A DNA stretch of 64,000 nt from Tubulanus polymorphus (Eukaryota; Animalia; Nemertea): the NCBI RefSeq assembly GCF_964204645.1, contig NC_134027.1:16710485-16774484 (forward strand), in the 5' to 3' direction. The position numbers and the translations under genes were made by a program. Positions within the stretch are counted from its first letter, which is position 1, and each line of letters starts with the position of its first letter. The notes beneath the pieces were generated by a model. The model did not search any database. It worked only from the letters and a program-made list of their open reading frames with translations, and was not told where the DNA came from. Shown piece by piece: positions 26,287 to 39,175 of the stretch.

Positions 26287-28272
26287 ACTAGGGGTCCAGG
26301 GACACCATGCCCACTTGGGAAGTGGTTTCAGATGCTTAACAATCTAACAATTTCAATGTTCAACGCCCCATCCAATGACCTTGAAACTCACCACAATCAT
26401 AGAACATGTCAGCAGTTACAATTTTGTAATTGATTGTGGCAACAACATATGCCTAGTTACCAATATGATATTGAAATACTAAGTTATTCTACTATTCAAC
26501 GCCCCCTAGTGACCATATAGAATAACTAATGGCCTTGAAACTCACCACAATCATAGACCATGTCATGAGCTACAACCTTCCGAATGATTGTGGTAAGAAA
26601 ATATGCATACGTATGAATATAATATAGAAATACTAAGTTATTGCATTGTTCAACGCCCCCTGGGGGGCCATAAGCAAAAACCAATGACCCTGAAACTCGC
26701 CCTGATCATAGACCATGTCATGAGCTACAACTTTCCGATTGATTGTGGTAACAAAATACGCTTAAGTATCAATATAATGTGGAAAAACTTTTTTCCACCT
26801 ACAAATGAGTACTGATGACAACAAGATGGCCGCCAATTACCTGATCAAATATAACTGTCTCGTGTATAAGAGATCCCTTTCCAAAGAATACCCATCACAA
26901 ATTGCAATGAAAAATGGCAAACCATTATGAAGCAACAGGACTCGGAATTCAGGCCAAAATTGACATTTTTGGGCACAAAAAAGGTCACAGCCATCTTGAG
27001 TCCAATCAACCCAATTTTCTAATGCTGATGGGCCCCTAGGGGATACAAATATACACGAATGATCAAGGTAATTGATAAAAGCATCTTCAAAATTTTCCTC
27101 AAAAACTTCAACAAGAAACGAAATTCTTATTATGGAATTTCCTAAATTTACATGTATGTATGAGTGTATGTTTAATCAGCACCAAAATTTAACATTGGTA
27201 GTCTTAATTAGAGATTATAAGCAACCGGCCGATGAAAAATAGTGAAAACTATTGGATTGACTTCAAATGATGGAAGACTGACTTTTTACAGACAATAGAT
27301 CGAAAATAAGGCCAGGACGCAGGAAAATATCATGAAAAGATGTCTTTTTTCAAATTATGAATGGAAACGCATCGCATACCTATCTTCGGCAGGAAGTTTT
27401 TAGCAGAATTTCAGAGAATCCGTGCTCCAAGTAATCGATAAAGGCTAAGATTTCCCCCTTGATTGAATCCAGGAGTTTGCATGAAATTCTGCCTATTGAT
27501 ATGATCTCCATCACACACAACTGCATGATGATTCATCATGAATATACATGGTGTGACGATTTCTATACGCGAAGTGTGCGAAGTTTAATAGACAACTTAT
27601 TTTCGTAAATTGAACAATTTCCTAGATTCACTTCCCTCTTTCCCAATTTAACAGCCCATCTATAAAATTCACTGCTTTCCACAGCCGGCCGTGACGACCC
27701 CTGGCAGTTGAATCATTTGCAGTTTCCAAGAAAACTTTAACTACGTAGACCAGGCACGAGGCGCACTTATCATATACATGCACAGATCAATACACCACAT
27801 ATAGCAGCGAGTGTATGTGTCAGGCACGTGTGTAAAGCATGATTGTACGTAAAAGGGATTGTTTTCTTCTGAAACGAAATGTAGTTCCAACAACAAATAT
27901 ATAACGAAATTGATAAATAAGCAACGGATTCCGATGAAATTCAATAGGGTTAGAGCTTTTATTACAGCATTGAATGTTTTAAAAGTTCCAAAGAGAAACT
28001 AAGCCTCGTTTGGAAGTTATTTTGTACCATGGGAAGAAAGTTTCATATGCGATAACAAAATGGACTTCGCTTTAGCAAAAGTCCATAAATATGTGTAAAA
28101 AGTGCCGATGGCTGCTTGTCGGCCATCTTGAATCTGACAGGGCCAGTTTTTGGGCTGAAGATGTGTCTAGGGTAGATACATGTATACACCAAATATCAAG
28201 ACATTACCTTGAAGCGTCTTCAAAAATTCCCAAAATAACTGGATTCTGTGTACGGACAGACGGACGGACGCA
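26287..28272 (+). mobile_element. HINE-like copy interrupted by a nested element at 27111-28089
   Basis: Same start ACTAGGGGTCCAGGGACACC as 41553. Homology stops at 27110 and resumes at about 28090 up to the (GACG)n tract. Confidence 0.75.
27111..28089 (+). mobile_element. Nested Helentron/HINE-like element
   Basis: Starts ACAAG and ends with hairpin TGGACT...AGTCCA followed by TAAAT. It is inserted in an A run with no TSD. Confidence 0.55.
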
Positions 28273-28857
28273 AATTTATTTTTCACAAGGTGACCCGCGC
28301 ATGCACAGTAATTAAACCCGCAGCTATTGGATGATCCCAATCTAGATTGTCGATAGAAAATGGCGGCTTTTTAAATAGTCGTTCTATGGAGAGTCCAGAG
28401 CGTAAGGTTATGTTTACAGAGTCCAAAGGGCCAGAGAGGTTAGGATAAGAGCAGGCTTAGGTTTAGGGTGAGGGTTTTAAGTAACAAAATCTGCTTAAGA
28501 AAAGTATCAATATAATGTGGAAAAACTTTTTTCCACCTACGAATGAGTTCTGATTAAACTAAGATGGCCGCCAATTGTGTCATGATTGCCTGATCAAACA
28601 TACCTGTCTTGCGTATAAGAGATCCCTTTCCAAAGAATACCCATCAAATTGCAATGAAAATGGCAAACCATTAGGAAGCTACAGGTCTCAGAATTCAGGG
28701 CAAAATTGACATTTATGGATACAAAAAAGGTCACGGGACAGCCATCTTGAGTCCGATCAACCCAATTTTTCGCATGCTGATGGGCCCTTGGGGGATACAA
28801 ATACATACGAACGATCAAGGTAATTGATAAAAGCGTCCCGAAAACATATCTTTAGCT

Positions 28858-29990
28858 ACAAGAGATCCACGGATCTTTATATCTTGGGTGCAATAATTCA
28901 AATGACAAAATTGTGGACCATTTGGACGTTGAACTTATCAGATATGGGACCATTGGGACGGTGTTGTCATATCGCGGAATGAGGGAATTGCGGAATTTTT
29001 CAAAAACGGAATTTCTTCCCTATCACTATAAATAGTAACTGGATTTTCCCGCCGGGATACCCGGTATCGAATCGCAATTTAATCCGACATTATTTGATGA
29101 TACCGTTCACTGGCTGCCAGTTAGCGGCTGCAGATGATATAGGAACAGTGTAAATAAGTAGTTGCATACACATCACTGTAGGCAACATGGCAGTAAAGTT
29201 ATTTGCTATGGTCGGTTCACACATACAACTTCCTGATTTCTGTACTATTGACCCAAGTAGAAAATAAACATAGTTGTGTCAAAATGCACGCTCATACACA
29301 CAGCTTTAATCACAAAATCCCAGGGTAGTGAAGAAACTTTTGAAGCATCTGCAATAAGTAGAGAAGACAGCGGAACAATATTAAGTTCAAAACATGCCAT
29401 TTTGGCCAGAAAGTAGTTCATAAGTCGGCGAATTGGAGAAGTTCCGAGAACAAGACAGTTCCTTTCATATTATCATACACATACCATAAAAATTTCATTA
29501 ATTTATCCAAAACAGGTTATGAGTTATCGTGTAAACGGAAAGTTGGAAAAGTGTCACAAGTAGACGGTGTCGGCCATCTTGAATTGGTGAAGTCCTAAAA
29601 CAATAAGGTTTCACATCATACTATCATATATATCTAATATAAATTCTCACACGATTTTTGAGTTATCATATGTATGTATCAAAAATAGGTCATAATTCGG
29701 CCATCTTGAATCGTAGATTCCCCAAGCCATACCATACATGCACATACCATAAAAATTTCATGAAATCATGTCAAACGGTTTTTGATTTTTCGTGTACACG
29801 GACAGTTCCTGTGTCAAAAGTAAGTCATAAGTCGGCCATGTGGAAAGAGGTCGACAGTAAATTGGAAATGAAAAGCAGTATGAATCGTCGACGCATAAAA
29901 CAGGCAATGGACGCTTAACCTGGCCACAATTGCAAAAATACAAAGACAAGTGAAACCTATAGTGAATGCCGATTACGCAGCCTATAAAAG
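28858..29990 (+). mobile_element. Probable HINE-like element with CGGCCATCTTGAA tandem units
   Basis: ACAAG start with palindrome AGATCCACGGATCT, and degenerate tandem units at about 29400-29850. Confidence 0.45.
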
Positions 29991-30745
29991 CTTTTATTGT
30001 GCACTCTCAGTGATAGTACGGCGCGGATCAATGTATAGCGCGCTTCAGAGCGCGTCTTGTCTATTTCAAATGCTCATAACTTCGTTATTATTCATTCGAT
30101 TAATTCATTGATTCATTTAAACAAGAAGATTCAATGCCATTTCAATATGTAATTAGTTTTTAGATGAAACCTCTTTTACGCTACAAACATCTAACTCAGA
30201 AACTTCTGTCACATAGAAAAAAATGAGCGGGATTTTCCTATTCGAGGTCGCGTGTTGATTTACATTTTTAATGCTCTTCCCTCCACTATTATGCACTATT
30301 ATGAAAGATCCTGGAAAATTCATCCTCCCTCTGCAGGGACTCGAACCTGATGGCATCGCTACACTCAGCCACGGCACGAACCCCTGCATCAGTCGACCGG
30401 GTGCGCAGGAACATGCGCAGCTTTCCGAACGAAAACTGGTGGCACCAATCAGATTGCTCGTTGTATAATCGTTGAGGCAAATTTCAAGGAAGAACTATAA
30501 ATGGGAAAACCCGGGCTAAAATAAAACGGGATTTCTGATTGGCTAAAAATCACATCATCTGAACTGCGCATGTATCTGCGCACACGGTCGATTATGTCAG
30601 GGTTTCGTGCCGTGGCAATCTCGATGCCATCAGGTTCGAATCCCTGCCGGGGAGGATGGGAAAATTATGTAGGTTGGACTGATTAATTCCGTACTTTAGC
30701 CTCGAAATGGGCTATTTTTGCACTGACAGAATCATAACTTAATAA

Positions 30746-31375
30746 ACAAGAGGCCCACGGGCCTTGTACCTTCATGACGCAGTAGAAGAAGAATGGTTCA
30801 GTATTCAAAGTTTTACAGAATGATCTACATTGTAACGATGTAACAAGTTTTAAAATAGTTAAGAGGTATAGGCTATGTGGCCATAATGTTCATTTACTGT
30901 TAATATATCCTTACATGAAAAGACAAGCCCATTTTAGCTGCCCCAAAGATCACACTACATGAAAAAATGCATCAAGAATTGGTGTAGGCATCGTGCTGAA
31001 AAGAAATCCAAGATGGATGGCAACCCTGGTGGCCATACTTGAACTCAATTTTCAATAAGGGGTAGACATCTACCAAAATTCTTACACCTAGTATCTTGAA
31101 AATGCATCAAGAATTGCAGGCCATTTTGTGCTAGAAATTCAAGATGGCTGACCTGGCGGCCATATTTGAAGGCCGATGACCTCCATATACAAAAGGCATG
31201 GACAGCTTGACCCTGAACCTCACACCAAATTTTGTGGAAATCCATCAAGAATTGCGGGCTGCATCGTGCAAACAAGAAATTCAAGATGGCCACCCCAATG
31301 GCAGCCATATTTGATCACCAATGACATTTTTTTACAATAGGGGTGGACATCTCGCCAGACCCAATCTTCATGCTA
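30746..31375 (+). mobile_element. Probable HINE-like 5' fragment
   Basis: AACAAG start with palindrome AGGCCCACGGGCCT, and three tandem CAAGATGG...GCCATA units. Confidence 0.5.
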
Positions 31376-32399
31376 ATTCGGGTAACTGTACAGCTATCAA
31401 AAATCCACGGATTAGTGATCTGATGTGATTTGATTAGATAAAAATACAATGGGTGTTAAGTCAACCCCCAGGAAAATGTCATTCCAAACGATACAGATCG
31501 CTATCGATATAAATCACCTTCGGATGAACGTTCTACTCGAATCTGCTATTGGTACAAAAATATATCCACGATTCGATCAACGGTAACCATTCGATCGGCT
31601 GACTTAACTCGCCGACTCAAATCCAAATATTCTTCATCCAGCTAATAGGTTCTATTACCAGGTCGGTAAAAGAATAACTTATGCGTAATGATTTTGAAAA
31701 TTTATACTGTCCATTTTGGTCCACAAGTCGTGGAGCTTAGACAAAAATTATAGAAAGGGATTCCAGAAGGTCTTTAGCTAAGATCCTTCTCCCTCAAAAT
31801 CTCTAAAGCAAGTCCTGTCGCACCCAAGTTCTGTTGCACCCATGCACTCCTACAGGGATCCCTAGCAGGATGTCACATGACTAACCACAAAATAAAAAGT
31901 TAAACCTAACTTGAGATGTCTCAGCAGTGAAAAATGGCTCAAAGTTATGGTATAAATTATAATCAGAATTTTAGAAAGATTCCCATGAAATAACTCAAAA
32001 GACTTAACTCGAAAAATTAAATGAAACGATCAAATTATTCCAATTCACTGCTGATCACTCAAGTTTACCCCCATACAGCCCACGTAAAGTTTTGAATTTT
32101 CTAGGAAAGTGTCAAATGAAAATGATGGATCACTGAGTCCTGCAAGCATTTCCTTTTAGGTGAAAGGATAGTTCACCGGAACTTTAATGCAAACTGCGGT
32201 TGCAGACCTACTCTAAGACACTCTGACTGTGTGACCCCTTAAATAATAGTAACATAGTAACACACATACAATGACATCATACCGGAAATGTTTTCTGAAA
32301 CTCATGTTGCTGTTTCGTTTCGAATTGATTTCATAAATTTCAAAGCCGATTTGCAAACCGTAATCGATAATTTTAATGCAAAGCGGAGCGACCGGGATT

Positions 32400-35300
32400 T
32401 GAAAAGGAAGTTTGTGCTGTTTTATTCCTCTGAAAACTTTCGCAAACTTTGAGGACAAGTCTAAACACTCAATCGAAAAATGTGCTGCATGTGCGGAAGA
32501 TTCTTCATTGCTTCAGCTTTTCCCTGGTTTCAGAAGATTTGTATTTGAGTTAACAAAGTCACTCAACATTTCAACCCGTGGACGTAAAGCTCTGAAAGCA
32601 AGCATTACCGAAAAGACTAAAGCTACGTATGACTTGTATAAGCCAAACTGTTTTGTCGAAGTGTGTCGAAGAAATATGAAGAGGAGATTAGTGATTATTT
32701 TGTACGCATTCCGCAATTAAACTAAAATCTAAAAAAGTGACGGTATTAGCTAAAAAGGAAAAAACGATGTGAGATATTTTCGAAATGTAAAAGAGCTTCA
32801 GAGCAGAAAATGCGAGAGAATGATACTGTAACTCATTTAGCATCAAATGAAAGCTTCCTCGCTTACGACAGAAAGAGAAAAGCTACATTTTTTAAACTCC
32901 TGCTGAAGCTGCTGAAGCTAATGCACGGTATGAAAAACGAAGAAAGCTCGAGGTTTATGAAGGTATTCCTTCTAAAAAACACATACCAACTATAGTGAAC
33001 TTAAAATTTAATCGTGAAAGTATGCCGAGACAAGCCATTCAGTTAGCAAAGACAGAAAAAAATCAACTGTTCAGCTTTATCTCGTCAGTATCTGATAACA
33101 TCAAAGAAAACCAATTCACCTATTTCCAGTTCGAATAAGGGTGAGATTGTAAAAGAATTTCTGCTATCTGAAGGCCTACCAAAAGAAGCATTTCTACAAT
33201 GCACCTATTCTCAGCGTAGAACTGATTGTTGGTGACAAAATTGCGGAACGGGATTTTACGAAAACGACAGTTTCTCAAGAAGGCAAGCTTGTGGAAGAGA
33301 CTTTAACTTTGACCGGTCGGCGAATTCCGCTTGTTAATCTTCGGAAAGATTCATTAGCTTATTTTTTGGAACTAGGACTTATCCGAGATCATTCATATGC
33401 TTATGTTGACTCTCTTTCGCGTGATGAAATTATTCCTAAACTGTTACTTTTGAAGTGTGAAGTGGATATTGCGCAGAGCCGTGATGCTCTTAAACAACTC
33501 CTCGTTGATTTGGTCAGGATTGGCCACCTGATAATATGGCATGATGAAAGTACGAATGCGAGCGTTAACATATATTACATACTGTTTCTTCCATTTATGA
33601 CCCTGTATTTTTTCTAACTGATGAGGAATATTTACTTAAAACCGGAAAATCTATTGATGTGCAAGCTGTTGTAGAAAAGCCAATGTTATATATATTTGGT
33701 TGTTGTCGTGCCAATGAGAAAGATCAGCTTGCTTTTACCACTGCTTGACAGGAATGTTTAAAAGAAATCTTCCCGATGGGACTACAGTTCGTGATATCAT
33801 ACACTTTTTCCATGGAGATTCACGGGCTCAACAGTTTGAATTTGGACATCAAAAAGGTGGACATTTTCCGTGTGTTAACCCTTTCAGTGCTGGCTAATTA
33901 ATACCCTATAGTGCTGAAGATAATTTGAGAATTCTGAAAAATTCCACCCCAGTGTGTTGAATAACGGGAATAGCACTATAGTGTGTCTACACCCTGGCGC
34001 TGTATATCGTTAGTTACTAATATTTCACTATGTTTGACTGGTGCTGCCATCTTTCAAGAGAGATAATTAGTAATTAATAATTAAATCAATACACCGCACT
34101 GTGGTGCACTAGCAAAATCCATCACTGATTTGTACACCGCACTGCAGTGTAGACACACTGAAAGGGTTAATTGTAAATTGAATGCGAAATTATTTAGCTT
34201 TTTACCTGCTGCATTGAATGCTAAATATATATCGGCCGATGAACGGATACGCACTGTAATTATATCTACACTTAGTTCACTTCAAGCGAACAGAATAACA
34301 AATCCATTTTCGAATGTTTCTAAGGAAAATTTAAAACTTGAGCTAGACCGCCGTTATATTCAATATGATGAAAACTCAACCAAGAGCAATCTAACCGATT
34401 TATTACGTGATGAACTTTCAGTTATTCAGCGTGTGCCATCTGTATTATTTTTTAATCATCGCGAAACACTATGTTCTATGAATTTGGATACGTACGGTCT
34501 TGGTTGTGAACCTCTTCATACGTGTAAAGAACATTCTAAGAATGTTTTACTCGAGCTTCAACTTCACTTGCCTAAGAAATTATATTGTGCTGCGTACAAT
34601 GCATTATTTTCGAGCAAAAATGTCATTGTGGATGTGACTGTAGAGAAGCCGTTATTTCTCTTTATCGCGTTATGAATCGTTTATATTCACAGGATCTTGT
34701 TAGCACAGATATGGAACAATTACTTAAAACGCTTGTTTTAATTAACCGTTGTATATATATATCCGAAAACAATCATTCGCCAAGACTTATTCTACAGTTC
34801 TATAATCTAATTAATGAAAATGCTTTATCAATGTAGAAAGTTATGGGAATACCTCAGAAACACACAGTCCGCAAATTAAATGGTATATATTTCCATAATG
34901 TGACAGTCGAAGCACTGCGTCAACTGTGAATCATATCACTTATTTTGCGCAACACGGAACAACAGGAAGCAATGTTTCATCAAATTGGAAATACAACGAA
35001 CAGTAAAAATTATCAAAGTGATCATTTAGCCATGGTTGTTTTTATTAGACTTGGAGCGAAAGATATTCTCCGCAAAAGAGGCTTGCAAAGCCTACAACAT
35101 ACTTTTGGAAATATATCGAAAGTAGCCAGAGATATTGAATCGTTGAACTCTAGATTTTCTTGTCACGAAATCAATGCACCATATAAAACGACTTTCTGAT
35201 TTTCTTAACTGTGGTGAAGGTGTCTGGTGGAGTTGGAATGGCGACGATATTATTTTCTTTGATGGTGACGATCACGATGATTTTAAACCGGAAGGACCGT

Positions 35301-36508
35301 CATTGATGTCATTCCGTAGGTGCCAGACCATCAAGAATCTGATATAATCAACAAATACTGGCATAATTGTGTTGAGAAGAGTCTAGGTGTGTGAAGAGCC
35401 CAAATATCATATACATGTACATGTAGATATACTTAGATTTATCTTATCAAAACTAAAAATTAATTTGTTGAATAATCCTTTCTTTCTTTTATACTTGCAG
35501 AGGGCGTATTTGATATCCCAGCTTTGTGGATCCGGAGAGATTCATTTTCATGATTCAGGCTTAGAAAATGACGTAGGTTTGCTGCATTTCAAGAAATAAA
35601 GTTGTTCAAGCTTTTTTGAATTGAACCTATATTTACGTGAAATGCTATTTGTTTCAGGCGGAGATCGGTTATGACGAAAATGAACAAACTCAAAATGTTC
35701 AATTAGAAGCACAAACCCCGAATTTAAGTTATCTTTCTTGAAAGATTATTCAAAAAACTTTCAAACTGTAGCGATAAAAGCTCTATTGAAACTTTGGTTT
35801 TTCAGGATCATGAAACATTACCGGCAAGTACAATAGAACAAAGTGCACAACCCGACACCGAAAAAGAACAAGAGGAGGAAATAAATATATCAAATCAGGT
35901 ATGTCATCTAAAATTGAGTTTGATTAATAGAAAGTGCCTCCCCCTGATGATCAAAATAGCTAATAGCTGACTGGTTGGGTCATTGCACCCTCTTCTGATC
36001 AAAATCCGAATCATTATTTTTTTGTGGGAAATTCAAAAAATTTAGTAGACAGTTGGTTAGCAGTAGTAAGTTGGAACCAGGAGACCCAGTTTGACAAATA
36101 AAACGGATACCTTCCCCATCAGAAGTACATCAGGTAATTAGCTTCTAGGCCTAACATATTTTCATATCTTATAAAAATGAAACTAAAGTTTTGAATTTTT
36201 GTTTACAATCATGGGGGAAGTTGTTGATTGAGGTACTTGGGCCTGCCGAATGCGCCGCCAGATATGATGAGCTTCGTCATCGAGGTAAACTTAGTAAAAC
36301 TTTCATGACATTAAATGCGGATAAATTACGCCGGTCGGAACATGCAGTGCAATCTTTAGTTCACTCGACATATCATCAAATTCAAAAAGACCTTCGCAAA
36401 TGTGTTTTATCTAATATAACTAGTCATGACAAACACTATACAACTTTGTTGTTTCACAGAAAACTTTTAGAAAAGCTGGCTTACAAGTGGAATATGGATA
36501 TTTTCTGA
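32400..36508 (+). pseudogene. Decayed large DDE transposase of RAG1/Transib/Chapaev/EnSpm (CCHH-zinc) type
   Basis: Reconstructed across frameshifts: LIIWHD ... FFHGDSRAQQFEFGHQKGGHFPCVNC ... CEPLH ... GIYFH ... NTEQQEAMF. Motif order and spacing parallel the RAG1 core. Element ends were not found. Confidence 0.6.
33879..34166. mobile_element. piggyBac-type MITE
   Basis: TTAA TSD on both sides and TIR CCCTTTCAGTG. Removing it restores the P-C-V-N-C reading frame of the host transposase. Confidence 0.92.
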
Positions 36509-37120
36509 TTTTAATGGTAAGTGTATTTTTCCATTTGATAGATTTTTTTCAGTGTTATCTTAAAGCCCTTATACAGTCAACCTCGGTTAATCCATATCAC
36601 TAGGGACTGAGCTTTTTAGTACAGATTAAGTGATGTATGGATAACAGATAATCCGTATTTGATACGAATTAACTATTATCCGTATAAACTATGATTTCAG
36701 TGCACAATCCGTATAATAGCCGGTTTATCAGTTATGTCTCAAACCGCGGACCACTGCTATAGTAGAACCACATTCAAATGAACCGTTGGGGGCCAAATAA
36801 AGTTCATAGTATCCAATCCGTTTGACATCATTTATACATGAGAGGAAAACATCCCCTCCCCTGGTATGTTGAAACACAAACCAACTGGTTTCAGTAGAGT
36901 AGGACCATTTAAACATAAATACTGTCAGGCCATGAATAGCTAATTGACAACTGGATTAATCATGAAATAAAATATAAATTTATGCAAACCCTGTAAAAAT
37001 TCAGATATGCACGCTGGTAACTTTGAGTGGCAAATTCATGGGTTGAACACATGTGTAATACACGTACATGTATAAGGTACGTGTGTATGGATAAATCGCA
37101 GTAGCACTGCCATTACTGCG

Positions 37121-37290
37121 ATGTCAACATTACGAGCTAACTGGTCGACCAAAGGGTATCACATTTTTCGTTTGCGTCCCTCCCCGGGGATGCTACTAAA
37201 GACTGAGGGAGAACAAGAAAATGACTATGACAGCTACGCTATGCTGGTTAAAATGTCAGATGGAAGGACAGTTGGGTGTGTGCCTGCTGT
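37121..37290 (+). pseudogene. HIRAN-domain-like fragment
   Basis: KGYHIF...EQENDYDSYAMLV....RTVGCVPA resembles the HIRAN pattern GY..E..N.YD..A..V....VG.VP. Confidence 0.6.
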
Positions 37291-37415
37291 GACGTGGTCA
37301 TGGTTTTTAAACGTGTAAATACCTCATATTATAGACATGAATACTGGGTATAAGGGTTATCAATGATTTGTGTATAGTATGTATGATATAGTTTATGGTG
37401 CGTGAAATGTGAGGA

Positions 37416-37418
<3 letters not shown>

Positions 37419-37451
<33 letters not shown>
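37419..37451. repeat. (GT)n microsatellite
   Basis: About 16 GT units. Confidence 0.95.
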
Positions 37452-37452
<1 letters not shown>

Positions 37453-39175
37453 TATGATTTTCAGTATAGAGTTCAGTGTGTGTTTGAGAATTTGGAGTGA
37501 CACCTTGTGTTCCTGTTAGTCAAACTGGTTAGGAAAAAGGCTTGTGAGCCGTAAGTAATGTACATTTTTGCTATTAAATAGAAATGAGAAAATCAAGATA
37601 TAAATGTAAGATATTTGCTATTGTTTAGTTTCAGTTTTTAAGTGTGGTGTAAATTAATAAAATTGAGGAAATGTGTTCAAACTTGGAATTTGATTCGTCA
37701 GTCAATGAGTGCATGGTTTCCAACATCACACCTGCTAATCTGTGTAAGCTCTTCTCAAAGTTGATCGACGATGGCTTGACTGCTGAGGTGGCATGGTAGG
37801 TAAAACTACTAACTTTTATATATATATATATAATATATTTATATATATATATGTCAGGTTGAAAAAGCAGGGACCTTTCAATTTGCAAATGTTCTCCAAT
37901 TGAAAGTTAATTCCTTGTGTTCATCGACATCGATGGATTGATGAGAATGAGTAGCGAGATGAGCTGGCTTAAAATATCATGTAATTAATATTTACCTGGT
38001 TATTCATTTCAGCATATACATGGGAGATGTTTTTGCAAATAAGGAGAAGAAATTTACATCATACAAGAAGTCAACCACTGGATGAAGGATAGAGAAGGAG
38101 GAGGGGTTGAACTTGCAGCAGAATATACGTTGGAATATAATTTCAGTGATTGAGAAATTATTGCAGGACTTATCAAAGATATTATTCCGAAATCTGAAGT
38201 CCATAGAATTTCCTTATAACTTTCTAGAATAAAAGTACATGTATTTTGTTTAGCATTTATCTTCGCATTAATTGCTGCATTAATTGGATTAAACAATTTC
38301 ACTGCAGAGGATTCTTCTATCAAATTCACTTGAAACAGTCAGTTACATCTGCCGGCGAGTACCAGTATGAAAATTTCTCAAGTAATCACACAGTTAAAAA
38401 ACCAAACATTTTCAAATTATCCAATATCTGAGTCTGATAACATTTTGAAAAGATGGTCTCAATTGTTTTGCGAAGTACGTTTACATTAAGCACGTGAGCA
38501 TATCACTGTAAACAGGCTGAAAAAATTACCAACTACCGTACTACAAATTGTTTAAGCCAGCAACACATCGTTAATCTGTATCACTAATCTAAGATAAATA
38601 AAGCAACACTGTCTCTCGGTTTAAAACTGACAATAAATAAACAAGTGTGATTGATCGTGGCTTAGCAATCGTTTGAACCGATGAAAATATGAAATAGGAC
38701 TCCAAAACTAAGGTTATTATAACCGAAAGTTCGTTAGTAAAGGGGTCGTTGTTTCCAATGAAATAGGCCTATAACTGTAAATGAGAAGGATTTGGCCGGG
38801 GACGTAACAAGCGATGGTTCGTTAGTTCCGAGGACGTTGGAACGAGGTTCCACTGTATTAGACTTGTCATTTCATCATTTTCATTGATATCGATGCGTTT
38901 GTTGTAAACACATTAACATACCAGAAAGTGCATGTGTTGTAAATTTATGGCTGTATAGAAATGTTTAGCTCCAGAAGGATGATTTAAAAGTGACCATCTC
39001 TGCAACAAGAATCTCTGCTGTTTAACGAAAGTCCAATAATTTAGTTACAAACAGAACATTCCAATTTCTCGGTAGATTTATTTCAAACTGAATTTATTCC
39101 TTGACTGCGCGTGTACACGTTTCATTCATCATCACTGCAGCGTTTATAAACTTAATGTTTAATTATCGTCAAACT

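Noticed and set aside
31045-31308. ORF starting MAAIGV..., like vertebrate HSPA14 exon 1
   Set aside because: It lies in a tandem repeat and the similarity ends after 6 residues. The real exon 1 is at 49256-49315.
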